64,000 bases of DNA, taken from positions 103,499-167,498 of the forward strand of contig NZ_MVQB01000060.1 of assembly GCF_002067035.1 (NCBI RefSeq), read 5' to 3'. Both the position numbers and the translations under genes were made by a program. This DNA is from Methanoregula sp. PtaB.Bin085 (GTDB taxonomy: Archaea; Halobacteriota; Methanomicrobia; Methanomicrobiales; Methanospirillaceae). Within the stretch, counting starts at the first letter, position 1; each line of letters begins with the position of its first letter. The notes beneath the pieces are model-generated. The model was not told where the DNA came from. It saw nothing but the letters and a program-made list of their open reading frames with translations, and made no database searches. This document shows, one piece after another, positions 18,453 to 27,169 of the stretch.

Positions 18453-18914
18453 ATGCAACAAAAAACCATTCTTTCCGGAATCGTGCTGGTCTGTATCCTT
18501 GTTGTCGTTGCCGGATGCACCGGTACACAGAAACCGGCCGATACTCCCGCTGTAACCTCCGCGGCTGCAATCCCCCCCGCAACCGTTACTGCCGGTGCTG
18601 ATCTCGTCCCGTCTCCGACAGACAGCATCCTCGCGGCAAACAACGTCAACATCAATGTTGAGAAGGATCATCTCGGGAATGTCATCGTAACATTTCAGGG
18701 AGGAAGCGGGCTCCAGCAGGTCAACAGGATCGATGTTACCCTGAACCGGGCCGATGGACAGGTTAAAACCGGGGAAGTCGGGATCCGGGCAGATGATCAG
18801 CTGACGCTGGAAGGAACAAAGAGTACAGATCGTGTCATGGTATATGTTTCCATGAAAGACGGGAAGAGATACAAGCTCGTCGATACCCTGGTGCCATTCA
18901 AAGCGCGGTTGTAA
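18453..18914 (+). CDS. small secreted/lipoprotein-like protein (paralogue of 13078-13575)
   Basis: Leader ending VVAGC, an Ala/Pro/Thr linker, and a C-terminal domain ...RADGQVKTG...RVMVYVSMKDGKRYKLVDTLVPF. Confidence 0.6.
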   Translation: MQQKTILSGIVLVCILVVVAGCTGTQKPADTPAVTSAAAIPPATVTAGADLVPSPTDSILAANNVNINVEKDHLGNVIVTFQGGSGLQQVNRIDVTLNRADGQVKTGEVGIRADDQLTLEGTKSTDRVMVYVSMKDGKRYKLVDTLVPFKARL

Positions 18915-19015
18915 CAGAGATCATTTTTTCTTCCCCGGTTTTTCTGACTTTTCAACGAGACCACGTTCGGGATACCACGAAGTTATTATAAAAGCACGGC
19001 GTGACATTGGATTTG

Positions 19016-20116
19016 ATGATCCGTATCCGGAGATTTCTCAATCTGGCCATAGTCTGCTGTTCCCTTATCATCGTTGTCCATGGCGTTACCGCCTTCAGCG
19101 TGGGGGCGGTCTCAGTCAGCCCTTCCGGTAACCTGTATCCCGGTGACACCGTCAATGTGTCGTATACGGTGTACGCTGCAAGCGGCGCAGCATTTCCATC
19201 GTACGATGACCTGCAGTTCGTTACGGAACTCGACGATCCCAGCTGGCTGTATTCGATTTCCGTGAACGGGGTGAAGAATACCCGGCCGGTCACGGATGGC
19301 AAGACCCTGACGATCAGCGGTTTTGAACTGGCGTACAAACCCCAGTTCGAAGTTGATGTTCAGGTTACACTCCGGGGTACAATCCCTGCGGGAACCGTCC
19401 GGGGGACCAATAAAACCCTCGTAAGGATTCAGGAACTGGATGCGCGGGGATATTCCATCGGGTACTCGGCAGTGAACATCGACCACCTGATCGGGGAACC
19501 CACTCCCCCGCCAACACCGGCGTATGGCAGTATCACCATCACCTCATCACCCTCTGGTGCCGACATCTATGTTGACAATGTATACAAGGGACTCTCTCCG
19601 GGAGTGTTCAGCGCTATCCAGAACGGGGACCACCGGGTGCTGATGAAAATGGATGGATACCTGGATTATGCAAGAACCGTGAAAGTCACCGGTGACAACC
19701 AGTCGCTGCACGCGGTGCTCAATCCAAAGGTATCCACTCCTGCAACCACTCCTGTGCCCGGCCAGACCTCTGCAGCCGGAACGGGATCCCCGTCACCGAC
19801 AACGCCGGCACAAACCCCCGGGTATGGTTCACTCTCGATCACGACCACACCCCCGGGTGCTCTCATCTACGTGGACGGTGCGATGAAGGGAGTGTCCCCG
19901 GCAACAATTCCCATGCTTCCGGAAGGTCCGCATGAAGTGACGCTGATCATGGACGGGTACCAGGATCTTAAAACAACTATTGTCATCAGCGAGGGATCAA
20001 CATCGGAATATATCACCGGGCTTGCGAAAACGACACCGAAGACCCCGGGCTTCCCTGCCGCAACAGCCGTACTGACGCTGGGGCTATTCGCTCTTCTCCG
20101 GAAAACGAGAGATTAA
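19016..20116 (+). CDS. PEGA-domain surface protein with PGF-CTERM-like sorting signal
   Basis: Signal peptide; an N-terminal domain paralogous to that of 7741-8871; two PEGA repeats (YGSITITSSPSGADIYVDN..., YGSLSITTTPPGALIYVDG...); C-terminus TPKTPGFPAATAVLTLGLFALLRKTRD. Confidence 0.75.
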   Translation: MIRIRRFLNLAIVCCSLIIVVHGVTAFSVGAVSVSPSGNLYPGDTVNVSYTVYAASGAAFPSYDDLQFVTELDDPSWLYSISVNGVKNTRPVTDGKTLTISGFELAYKPQFEVDVQVTLRGTIPAGTVRGTNKTLVRIQELDARGYSIGYSAVNIDHLIGEPTPPPTPAYGSITITSSPSGADIYVDNVYKGLSPGVFSAIQNGDHRVLMKMDGYLDYARTVKVTGDNQSLHAVLNPKVSTPATTPVPGQTSAAGTGSPSPTTPAQTPGYGSLSITTTPPGALIYVDGAMKGVSPATIPMLPEGPHEVTLIMDGYQDLKTTIVISEGSTSEYITGLAKTTPKTPGFPAATAVLTLGLFALLRKTRD

Positions 20117-20155
20117 AAAATTCCGGTTCCTCTGACATCCATCACTTCCGGGGAT

Positions 20156-20656
20156 TTATCCCCGTTTGTAGCCAAGTTTCCTGAGCAGGCCGGTCCGCCA
20201 CCGGACACCCTCGGGACCTTCAACTCCCCTTGGCTTTTGCCCGTCAATCACACCCAGGATTCCCCGGCCCTGGTGCGATTCAGCTATGACGATTTCCGCC
20301 GGGTTTGCCGTTGCGCAGTACACGGTGCAGACTTCCTGGAGATTTTTGATTGCGTTCAGGACGTTAACGGGATAACAGTCCCGCAAAAAAAGGATGAACG
20401 AATGCCCTGCCCCGATGACCTTCGCATTGTCACGCGCCAGGGCAATAAGATCCTCATCATTACCATCGATCCGGATGAGACAGTCTCCCGAAGCTTCCGA
20501 GAACGCCAGTCCGAACTTTGCACCGGGAACTGCCCCTACGACCACTTCCGCGATATCCTCGACGGTCTTGATAAAATGAGATTGGCCGAGAATGAAATTC
20601 ACATCTTCCGGTTTGTGAATTTTCACAACCCTGATCTCCACACCTTCACCAGCCAT
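20156..20656 (-). CDS. adenosine-specific kinase family protein (PF04008/COG1839-like)
   Basis: 166 aa. GQSHFIKTVEDI...AGHSFILFLRDCYPVNVLNAIK...CATANPAEIVIAE...GRGILGVIDG matches my memory of this conserved archaeal family. Confidence 0.6.
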   Translation of the reverse strand: MAGEGVEIRVVKIHKPEDVNFILGQSHFIKTVEDIAEVVVGAVPGAKFGLAFSEASGDCLIRIDGNDEDLIALARDNAKVIGAGHSFILFLRDCYPVNVLNAIKNLQEVCTVYCATANPAEIVIAESHQGRGILGVIDGQKPRGVEGPEGVRWRTGLLRKLGYKRG

Positions 20657-20899
20657 GGATACACCGGATGTGAATTGGGTGTTCCGGATAATAAATTGGT
20701 TTTGATGAAAAGACCGGCAGATGGTATATTTTTCCAGGTCCGGTGATCCCCGGGTATGCCCGTACAGTCCCCCGGAAAAAACTGTACGGTACCTTCCGCC
20801 GGATGGCAGACTGCCCCTCCGGAATAACGATACTGCATCCTTTTATCTGTACAGATGAAATCTCAATCCGGTAGAAGTTGTTCGCAACGGGAGTCACTG

Positions 20900-21679
20900 A
20901 TGATGGGGGCCCGGTACACGATCCTGGTAATGATGCTTATCGCCGGTATTTTGTTTTCAATACCACCGGTTTCTGCAGTAAAATCATATGAACAGTCGGT
21001 GGGAGATTCTCTGACACGGGGAGGCAGGTTCACCGTTACCATCACGGCTCTCCCGAATTCATCGTATTACGTATGGATCCCGCACACATCCTCCATGACC
21101 GGCGAACCCCGGGATCAGCCGCCGGTTATTGCCGATAACCAGGCAAATGTTGCCCAGGATCCGGAGAACGGACCGTATACCATCGGATCTTACCGGTATT
21201 CCAACGGGGGCGGGCAGACAATACGGGATGATATCGCTCCGTCCACGGCAGATTTGTCAAATACACGCTACTACGCGCTGGTGACTACGGATCATGCCGG
21301 GCAGGCGACCGTCGAATTCCTCACGTCCGTGAATACCGGTCTCAGGTCATATTCGGTCAGGGTCGAAAATCCCCGGTCGGTCGACAGTGACAACCTGTTT
21401 GTGGAACTCCGTGTCTTTTCAAGGAGAGCCCCCTCACCCGTAGAGATATTCACGGTCCCGGAAACGGAGAGGACAACCGTACAGCAGACAACCGCAGTGG
21501 TGAGCCTGCCTCCGGAAACGACCTCATTCCAGACAACGATACCGGAACCCGTTCAGACAACAGTCCCGCCAACGGTGCCGACAACAAAAAAAGCGCCGAT
21601 AGGGATTGGAACGTGCATCGCAGCCGCAGGAGTGTGCCTCCTCCTGAAGAAAGAATACCGACAATCCTGCGGCAGGTGA
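20900..21679 (+). CDS. secreted protein with Thr/Pro-rich stalk and C-terminal TM anchor (hypothetical)
   Basis: Signal peptide MMGARYTILVMMLIAGILFSIPPVSA, a globular domain, a T/P/V-rich linker, and a hydrophobic C-terminus IGIGTCIAAAGVCLLL followed by KK. Confidence 0.5.
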   Translation: MMGARYTILVMMLIAGILFSIPPVSAVKSYEQSVGDSLTRGGRFTVTITALPNSSYYVWIPHTSSMTGEPRDQPPVIADNQANVAQDPENGPYTIGSYRYSNGGGQTIRDDIAPSTADLSNTRYYALVTTDHAGQATVEFLTSVNTGLRSYSVRVENPRSVDSDNLFVELRVFSRRAPSPVEIFTVPETERTTVQQTTAVVSLPPETTSFQTTIPEPVQTTVPPTVPTTKKAPIGIGTCIAAAGVCLLLKKEYRQSCGR

Positions 21680-21781
21680 ATACACACTCGGGAATAGTGG
21701 GGAGATAGCCGCGAGAGGACAGCATCCCCCCGGGACCATCCCTTACAGACTCCTGGTTCAATTCCGCTCCATTACACAACC

Positions 21782-22285
21782 ATGTCCCGCAACGATGGAA
21801 ACACAGTGACCTGTTCCCATGAACAGGAATCGGATATCCTCCAGCAGTTCTTTTCCCGCCCGCTCTTTCTCAGCATCACGATCGGTATCCCGTTCTGCAT
21901 CTTCAAACTCCTGTTCGGTATCACGCTGATCCGGACTTTATCGGATCTGCCATCCCCGTTTTCATCCGCCGGGTGGATTGTTACGGCATGGGCCCTGACG
22001 GATCTGATCATGAACCTCGGCCGGGAATTCTTCGATATCCTTGGCCGCCCGGCACCCTTCGAATATTGTACAATAGCACAGGCAGGCCGCCTTTTCCACA
22101 TGCCGATGGTGTTTCTTGCGATCGATACCCTGCTCACCTTTATGATCATCTGTGCAATGCTCTGGTCCGGATGGATTGCATCCCTGACCACGTTCGAGAG
22201 TTACCTGTGGTACGGTGCAACGACCCTGAACCTGATCAGCCTTTCCCTTGTCGCACTCTATAACGAGATCCGGTCCCTGCACTGA
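21782..22285 (+). CDS. hypothetical integral membrane protein
   Basis: 167 aa with 4 predicted TM helices. No family recognised. Confidence 0.45.
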   Translation: MSRNDGNTVTCSHEQESDILQQFFSRPLFLSITIGIPFCIFKLLFGITLIRTLSDLPSPFSSAGWIVTAWALTDLIMNLGREFFDILGRPAPFEYCTIAQAGRLFHMPMVFLAIDTLLTFMIICAMLWSGWIASLTTFESYLWYGATTLNLISLSLVALYNEIRSLH

Positions 22286-22336
22286 CAGCCGTGTAAAACA
22301 GACGATTTTTGGAATGCTGCTCCGGGATCTTATCCG

Positions 22337-22822
22337 TTACTTTGCGTCCTCGCCGAGCGCTTCCCTGCTCCGCATCTGGTACAGGACCATCGGATCCATC
22401 TCTTTGTAGGAGTCTTTGCCGGTCCGCATGATGACATTCGATATCCCGCTGTTGACAATCATCTTGGAACAGAGGAAACAGGGCCATATCTGGGTAGTCT
22501 CATCGGTTTCCACGTCGAAACCTGCGAGGTACAGGATGCATCCCCGGGCATGCTTTCCGGCCTGCAGGAGTGCGTTCATCTCGGCATGAACGCTCCGGCA
22601 GCGCTCGTAGTTGGAGCCTGAGGGGATATTATGCTCCTTGCGCCAGCAGCGGTTGAGCTCGGTGCAGTCCATCTGTTTCCGGGGAGCCCCGGTATACCCG
22701 GTTGACACGATGGTATTGAATTCATCGACGATAATTGCACCAAAGTTCCGCCGGAGACAGGTCCCCTGGTGGGCGCACCGCGTTGCCAGGTCGAGAAAGT
22801 ACTGATGCCTGTTGGTCCGCAT
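22337..22822 (-). CDS. dCMP (deoxycytidylate) deaminase
   Basis: Zn motifs HAEMNA and PCFLCSKM. Start chosen at MRTNRHQYFLDLA (161 aa), which leaves 111 bp to the divergent gene. Confidence 0.85.
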   Translation of the reverse strand: MRTNRHQYFLDLATRCAHQGTCLRRNFGAIIVDEFNTIVSTGYTGAPRKQMDCTELNRCWRKEHNIPSGSNYERCRSVHAEMNALLQAGKHARGCILYLAGFDVETDETTQIWPCFLCSKMIVNSGISNVIMRTGKDSYKEMDPMVLYQMRSREALGEDAK

Positions 22823-22933
22823 GTGAGAAAATATGGAAGAGTCCGGTATTAAAGCGGTAGGTTTTGTGAACACAGCACTTTCACGCTGTCCAATCAAAAT
22901 ACCATTCATTACCTCCATTAAAAACCTGAATGT

Positions 22934-23405
22934 ATGACAGAAATCAGCATCATTGAAGTCCCTGCCATGAACGTGCTGGGAACACGAAAGACGGGGTCGT
23001 ATACCCTGATCCCTGAACTCCTCCTGAAGGTTTTTTCCTACGCCCGGAAGAAGAAGCTCAATGTCACCGGTCCACCCTTTTTCATCTGCCACGAGATCTC
23101 ACCGGAGGCAGTCCGGGAGGCGAACGAAAAAGGGACTGCGGTTATTGAAGTCGCTTGGCCGGTTGCCGGTCCTGTCAAAGGAACAAGAGAGATACCGGTA
23201 TATGTCCTCCCGGGAGGGCGTATGGCACACGCGAACCCACAAAGGGCCGTACGAAACCTGTGAATCTACCTATCTCGAACTCTTTGCATCGATAGAGAAA
23301 CAATCCCTGACAATCTGCGGCCCGATCCGTGAGGCGTATCCCAACGATCCCCGTACCGTGCCTCCGGAAGAGATCATCACGGAGATCTTTGTTCCCGTGA
23401 AATAA
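22934..23405 (+). pseudogene. GyrI-like small-molecule-binding protein, interrupted by a +1 frameshift near 23234
   Basis: The N-terminal two-thirds (MTEISIIEVPAMNVLG...VYVLPGGRMAHA) are in one frame. The C-terminal third (THKGPYETCESTYLELF...EAYPNDPRTVPPEEIITEIFVPVK) is in the +1 frame. Skipping one base (a at 23234) restores a full-length GyrI-like protein. Confidence 0.7.
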
Positions 23406-23440
23406 CATCCTGCTTTTTTCGTACAAGCAATTCGGAAATA

Positions 23441-23722
23441 CTACACAGAAGCCCCCGGCCACAACCAGAAGAACAGGAACAGGTGCAGGATACACAGGAA
23501 GGGCACAAGGAGAAATTTCACGTGGCGGTTCTTATGCCGGAATAGAATCATTGCAGCCAGGGCACCCCAGGGTCCGATGGCTGCAGCACCGAGAAGAGAA
23601 TTTTCCGTACTGCGGTACGCCTTCATTTTTGCGCTGAACTTATCGAGAGCAAACGCAAGAAACGCAAGGATATTCAGGCCGGTGTACAGGAGCGGAAAGA
23701 TGCCGGAAAGTGAAACAACCAT
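23441..23722 (-). CDS. DUF1294-family membrane protein
   Basis: 93 aa. ...SENSLLGAAAIGPWGALAAMILFRHKNRH... matches the DUF1294 core. Confidence 0.7.
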   Translation of the reverse strand: MVVSLSGIFPLLYTGLNILAFLAFALDKFSAKMKAYRSTENSLLGAAAIGPWGALAAMILFRHKNRHVKFLLVPFLCILHLFLFFWLWPGASV

Positions 23723-23746
23723 AGTGCAGGATGATACGATGCTGTG

Positions 23747-24298
23747 TTATTCGCAAAGCCGGAAGTGCCACCGGCAGAACATATTTTCCGGGTGCGGATC
23801 CGGCGGTGCAAATTCGCATTCTACCCGGATCCGGGGATCGATCTCACGTGCGAACCCGGTAAATTCTGCCCGGTGCATCTCGCGGCAGACGTACTCCCCC
23901 TGGCCCCGTTTCAGCCGTGCCAGCTGTGTCGGGCAGGCCGGAACCTCGATGATCACTTCATCATCCTTCTCGATGATGGTATACCCGACAATCATTGCCC
24001 AGGGAAAATGCCGCAGGGCACGGACGAATCCCGGAAGGCCCTTCTCAGAGATCCTGAAGCGCCGGATAATGTCCTTTGCCGCCATGCCGGCAACCTTCCC
24101 CCAGACCTGTTCGTTGATCTGTTCAGCAACAGGCTGCCCGAACCGGTCATTGATATTAATGAACCAGAACGCATCGACAACCCGGTAGTGCCAGAGGAGG
24201 AATTCAAGGTACTGGTGCTTGTCGGCGTCATCCATCCGGTCGAACAGCTCAAGGTTCATATCGCTCATGCAGGAGTCACCGGAACAATAGTACACCAT
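23747..24298 (-). CDS. conserved hypothetical Cys-containing cytoplasmic protein (DUF6125-like, unverified)
   Basis: 183 aa. [25 protein letters not shown]...[14 protein letters not shown]...VCREMH...[20 protein letters not shown]. The real start may be ATG 24268 or 24259. Confidence 0.5.
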   Translation of the reverse strand: MVYYCSGDSCMSDMNLELFDRMDDADKHQYLEFLLWHYRVVDAFWFININDRFGQPVAEQINEQVWGKVAGMAAKDIIRRFRISEKGLPGFVRALRHFPWAMIVGYTIIEKDDEVIIEVPACPTQLARLKRGQGEYVCREMHRAEFTGFAREIDPRIRVECEFAPPDPHPENMFCRWHFRLCE

Positions 24299-24379
24299 TT
24301 CCCGCGGGGGTTATATCTGCGTTTGGTACGGGAGAACCACCACAATGTTTGCATCATATCCCGGCAAAGATATCGATGG

Positions 24380-24751
24380 ATGAAGAACCTGACCGTTGAG
24401 CAGGTGGAGGCAGTTCACAGGCGACTCATAGAGGAAGCACACGGTGACACCCGTGTTGTGTCGGAGGCCAACCTCTTACAGATGGTGTTCCGGGCAAACA
24501 TGACAGAAAATGGTGTACTGCGGGCATCGCTTGTCTTCTGGTCCCTGTGTGCATTTCCGGCGTTCCGCGAGGGAAATGAAAGGATCGCACTCGCCATGGC
24601 TGAACAGGTTCTTGCGGACAATGGATACTGTATCACTGGCGACAGATCCGCTCTCCTTGTTCTTGCCCGGCGGATCCGGGAGTATTCTGCAGAACCGGAA
24701 GATATCGATCAATGGATGATCGATAACACCCGAATCGTTTTTGAACGATAA
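24380..24751 (+). CDS. Doc/Fic-like protein with degenerate active-site motif
   Basis: 123 aa. The N-terminus LTVEQVEAVHRRLIEE...TRVVSEANLLQMV is Doc-like. The motif region reads FPAFREGNERIALA instead of HxFx(D/N)(A/G)NKR. Only the 3' third of the 335-aa ORF-track frame is judged coding. Confidence 0.6.
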   Translation: MKNLTVEQVEAVHRRLIEEAHGDTRVVSEANLLQMVFRANMTENGVLRASLVFWSLCAFPAFREGNERIALAMAEQVLADNGYCITGDRSALLVLARRIREYSAEPEDIDQWMIDNTRIVFER

Positions 24752-24937
24752 GATACAGACCGATACCCGCCTGCATTCACCAAGATTTAAGGAGCGGTTC
24801 AGCAGAACAACCCGCGCTCCGGGGGATGCTGACCTCATAAAGATACCCGGCAGGGCAATGATCTGATGATATCGGAAAGAAAAAAGGAGATTCGGGAGAT
24901 CCATTTTAGAAGATATCGACACATTTACCGTTCGGGG

Positions 24938-25063
24938 TCAGCCTGAACGTCGAGCCGCAACCCCCTGGTGTTCGTGACAGGAATTGAACATCCCTTCATC
25001 GCCAAGGTCGTCATCGCAGATCAGGGCGTCTTTTTTACCGCAAATGGGACAACTGTGTGTCAT
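24938..25063 (-). CDS. 41-aa zinc-ribbon-like small protein (below ORF-track cutoff)
   Basis: MTHSCPICGKKDALICDDDLGDEGMFNSCHEHQGVAARRSG: CPxC plus a downstream C/CH pair, with genome-typical codons. ATATAT (25093-25098) is centred about 32 nt upstream of the ATG, consistent with a leaderless transcript. Confidence 0.4.
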   Translation of the reverse strand: MTHSCPICGKKDALICDDDLGDEGMFNSCHEHQGVAARRSG

Positions 25064-25328
25064 GTCCCCAGGGAGACTACACTGTCGGTTCCATATATGC
25101 CGGGTTTTCACAGAGTCCGATCGGTCGGAATGCCTGTTATTCCGCCGAACGATGCATCCCGGGAAAGAAACCGGTATTCAGCCTGCCTGACTGTCGTGCA
25201 GGGGGGTCACTCCTCCGGAAAAACCTGGCGGGAGGAGATACCCCTACCCCCTGAATCCCGTACGCTGGGAAACGGATACACCAGTCCCGATGGCAACTGA
25301 TCACAGGTATCGAAACACAGATTCCGCG

Positions 25329-26492
25329 TTACGCGAAGTCACGAAGCGTGCACTGCCGCATCCGGATCGTATCCCGGAGCAGTTCGCCTGATTCAATAAA
25401 CCGGGTTACCGGAAGAGTAAATTTTTGTGAGATGTGTGTGAGCGCTGACTTAATATCCTCGAATTCCTTTGCAGGCTGCTGCATGGCATTCCGCACATTC
25501 TCCCGGACATTGAAGACACCCATGGGCACATACCCGTGGAGCGCCTCCCGCAGGATGATTGCACCGGCCTGTTTCTGCTCCCGCGCGAGTGCTTCGAGGA
25601 CTGCCATCTTGCAGGTATAATAGCATCCCCCGAGTGGAGAATATTCTGTCTTTTTCTTTGATCCTTCATGATCCGAGAAGACCAGTTCCTCGTTATTGAG
25701 GACATGGAGGAAGGCTTCCGACCATTCATACTGCCATCCTGTCGGCATCAGGATAACCGCATAGTTGTTGTGGAGGCTTGAAAATTCATGGACCCGCCAG
25801 GTATCAATAACGGGGAATTTCTTCACCCGAGATAGGAGATGATCCCCGATAGTGGTATCGCAGGCAGTGATAGACCAGCGTGTCGGAACAAGACGGCGTT
25901 TGTTTCCGGACCCCATGGTTCCGGTGGAGAACGCCTTCTGGATACTTGAGAACAGGAGACCATTTCGATGAAGGTTTGTGACAGCCTCCGAAGCTTTCAG
26001 GTCGGTATCGTAAAACACTTTCTCCAGATCCCGGTTCCACCTCCCTGTCTCGATCTCAAACTGTTCAAGAGGGGCACTCGGGCCAAAGGGGATATGTTCT
26101 TCTGAGAACATTGATCCTGTCGGGGTACTGGAAAACACCACATCACTTTCCACGGAAGACTCCGATAGCGAGATGTCCTGGAGCTTCTCGATGAACCGGC
26201 CTTTCAGCTCGCATGCATGAACCCGCTGCTTGCCCCGTATCAGGCTGAGCCGGTATCCCAGTATCTCCTCCTGTGTCTTGTTTTCGGGAATCCAGGATTC
26301 CGGGCTGTCCATAATAGACGTATTCCCGTGTTCGGGTGTGACCAGCGGGCCGGCATACACATCCGGGTAATTCCAGCTGCCGATAAAGACAGATGGCGGA
26401 GAACTGCCGGCAATCTCTTTTGTAAATGGTGCAGATCGCATCAGGACTGTCGATTCCGTCAGTTGCCTGAGGTATGTGCTTTTACTGATCAT
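25329..26492 (-). CDS. Nre-family DNA repair protein (DUF650/DUF651-type)
   Basis: 387 aa. The N-terminal SPPSVFIGSWNYPDVYAGPL and central RLVPTRWSITACD patterns match the archaeal Nre family as I recall it. A C-terminal PIP-like QCTLRDFA is present. Confidence 0.7.
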   Translation of the reverse strand: MISKSTYLRQLTESTVLMRSAPFTKEIAGSSPPSVFIGSWNYPDVYAGPLVTPEHGNTSIMDSPESWIPENKTQEEILGYRLSLIRGKQRVHACELKGRFIEKLQDISLSESSVESDVVFSSTPTGSMFSEEHIPFGPSAPLEQFEIETGRWNRDLEKVFYDTDLKASEAVTNLHRNGLLFSSIQKAFSTGTMGSGNKRRLVPTRWSITACDTTIGDHLLSRVKKFPVIDTWRVHEFSSLHNNYAVILMPTGWQYEWSEAFLHVLNNEELVFSDHEGSKKKTEYSPLGGCYYTCKMAVLEALAREQKQAGAIILREALHGYVPMGVFNVRENVRNAMQQPAKEFEDIKSALTHISQKFTLPVTRFIESGELLRDTIRMRQCTLRDFA

Positions 26493-26599
26493 GACCTGAG
26501 AAAACAGATGAACAGGTGGATATTAATCAGGTTGGTATGCAGGGAGAAAATGAATTGACCTTTTTCAGGTCATGAGAGAAAAGAATTGGTTTTTTGGTA

Positions 26600-26890
26600 T
26601 CAGGAGAACTGGGGGCGTGAGACCTGCGTCACGTCCAGGACCGCTTCACGGATCAGGCGGCCATCCCAGAAAAGGTCGTCATTTTTGAAAAACGTTCGTG
26701 ATGTGGATGCATGGACAACCTGGAGTACCGGGGGTTCAAGGGCAAAGCACCCGTTGTTCCGGAGTTCCCTGATCGCTTCGGGATTGCGGATATCGACTTC
26801 GTGATAGCGTGCCCCGGCTTCGTTCAGGGCATCCTTGAGTTCTTCGCACTGCATGTGTTTGTCTGTGGAATAAACGATCAATTCAGTCAT
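26600..26890 (-). CDS. glutaredoxin-like thioredoxin-fold protein lacking CxxC (hypothetical)
   Basis: Start at MTELIVYSTDKHMQCEELKDALNEAGARYHEVDI. Grx-like beta-alpha-beta spacing but a single Cys. Confidence 0.4.
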   Translation of the reverse strand: MTELIVYSTDKHMQCEELKDALNEAGARYHEVDIRNPEAIRELRNNGCFALEPPVLQVVHASTSRTFFKNDDLFWDGRLIREAVLDVTQVSRPQFS

Positions 26891-27169
26891 ACCTAACCTT
26901 CCTGTGTAATCCATTCCCGATACCGGATCACAAGGGAGTCAGATGTCACCATTCCATCGGTGACGGGATCTGGTCTCGTTCATGTCCGATAGGTTAAGAA
27001 AAAAAGGGAGAGTTTTTGATATATATTGGCCAGATTCCGGCAGTTCAATGGTGCTATACCGGGGGTTCAACAAATTTATATAGCATTACCGGGAGGCTGC
27101 AACCGATGTCACCTGTACGCAAATCCCTTGCAGGGATGATTCCATGCGGATTGGGCAGGTGAATCCGGT

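Noticed and set aside
20760-20789. 9-bp inverted repeat CCGTACAGT-N12-ACTGTACGG between divergent genes.
   Set aside because: It could be an operator, but it is a single occurrence with no partner regulator identifiable. It is too weak to call.
23744-24379. 5' two-thirds of the 335-aa plus-strand ORF.
   Set aside because: It is antisense to the DUF6125-like gene. Only the last 123 codons (from ATG 24380) show Doc-like sequence.
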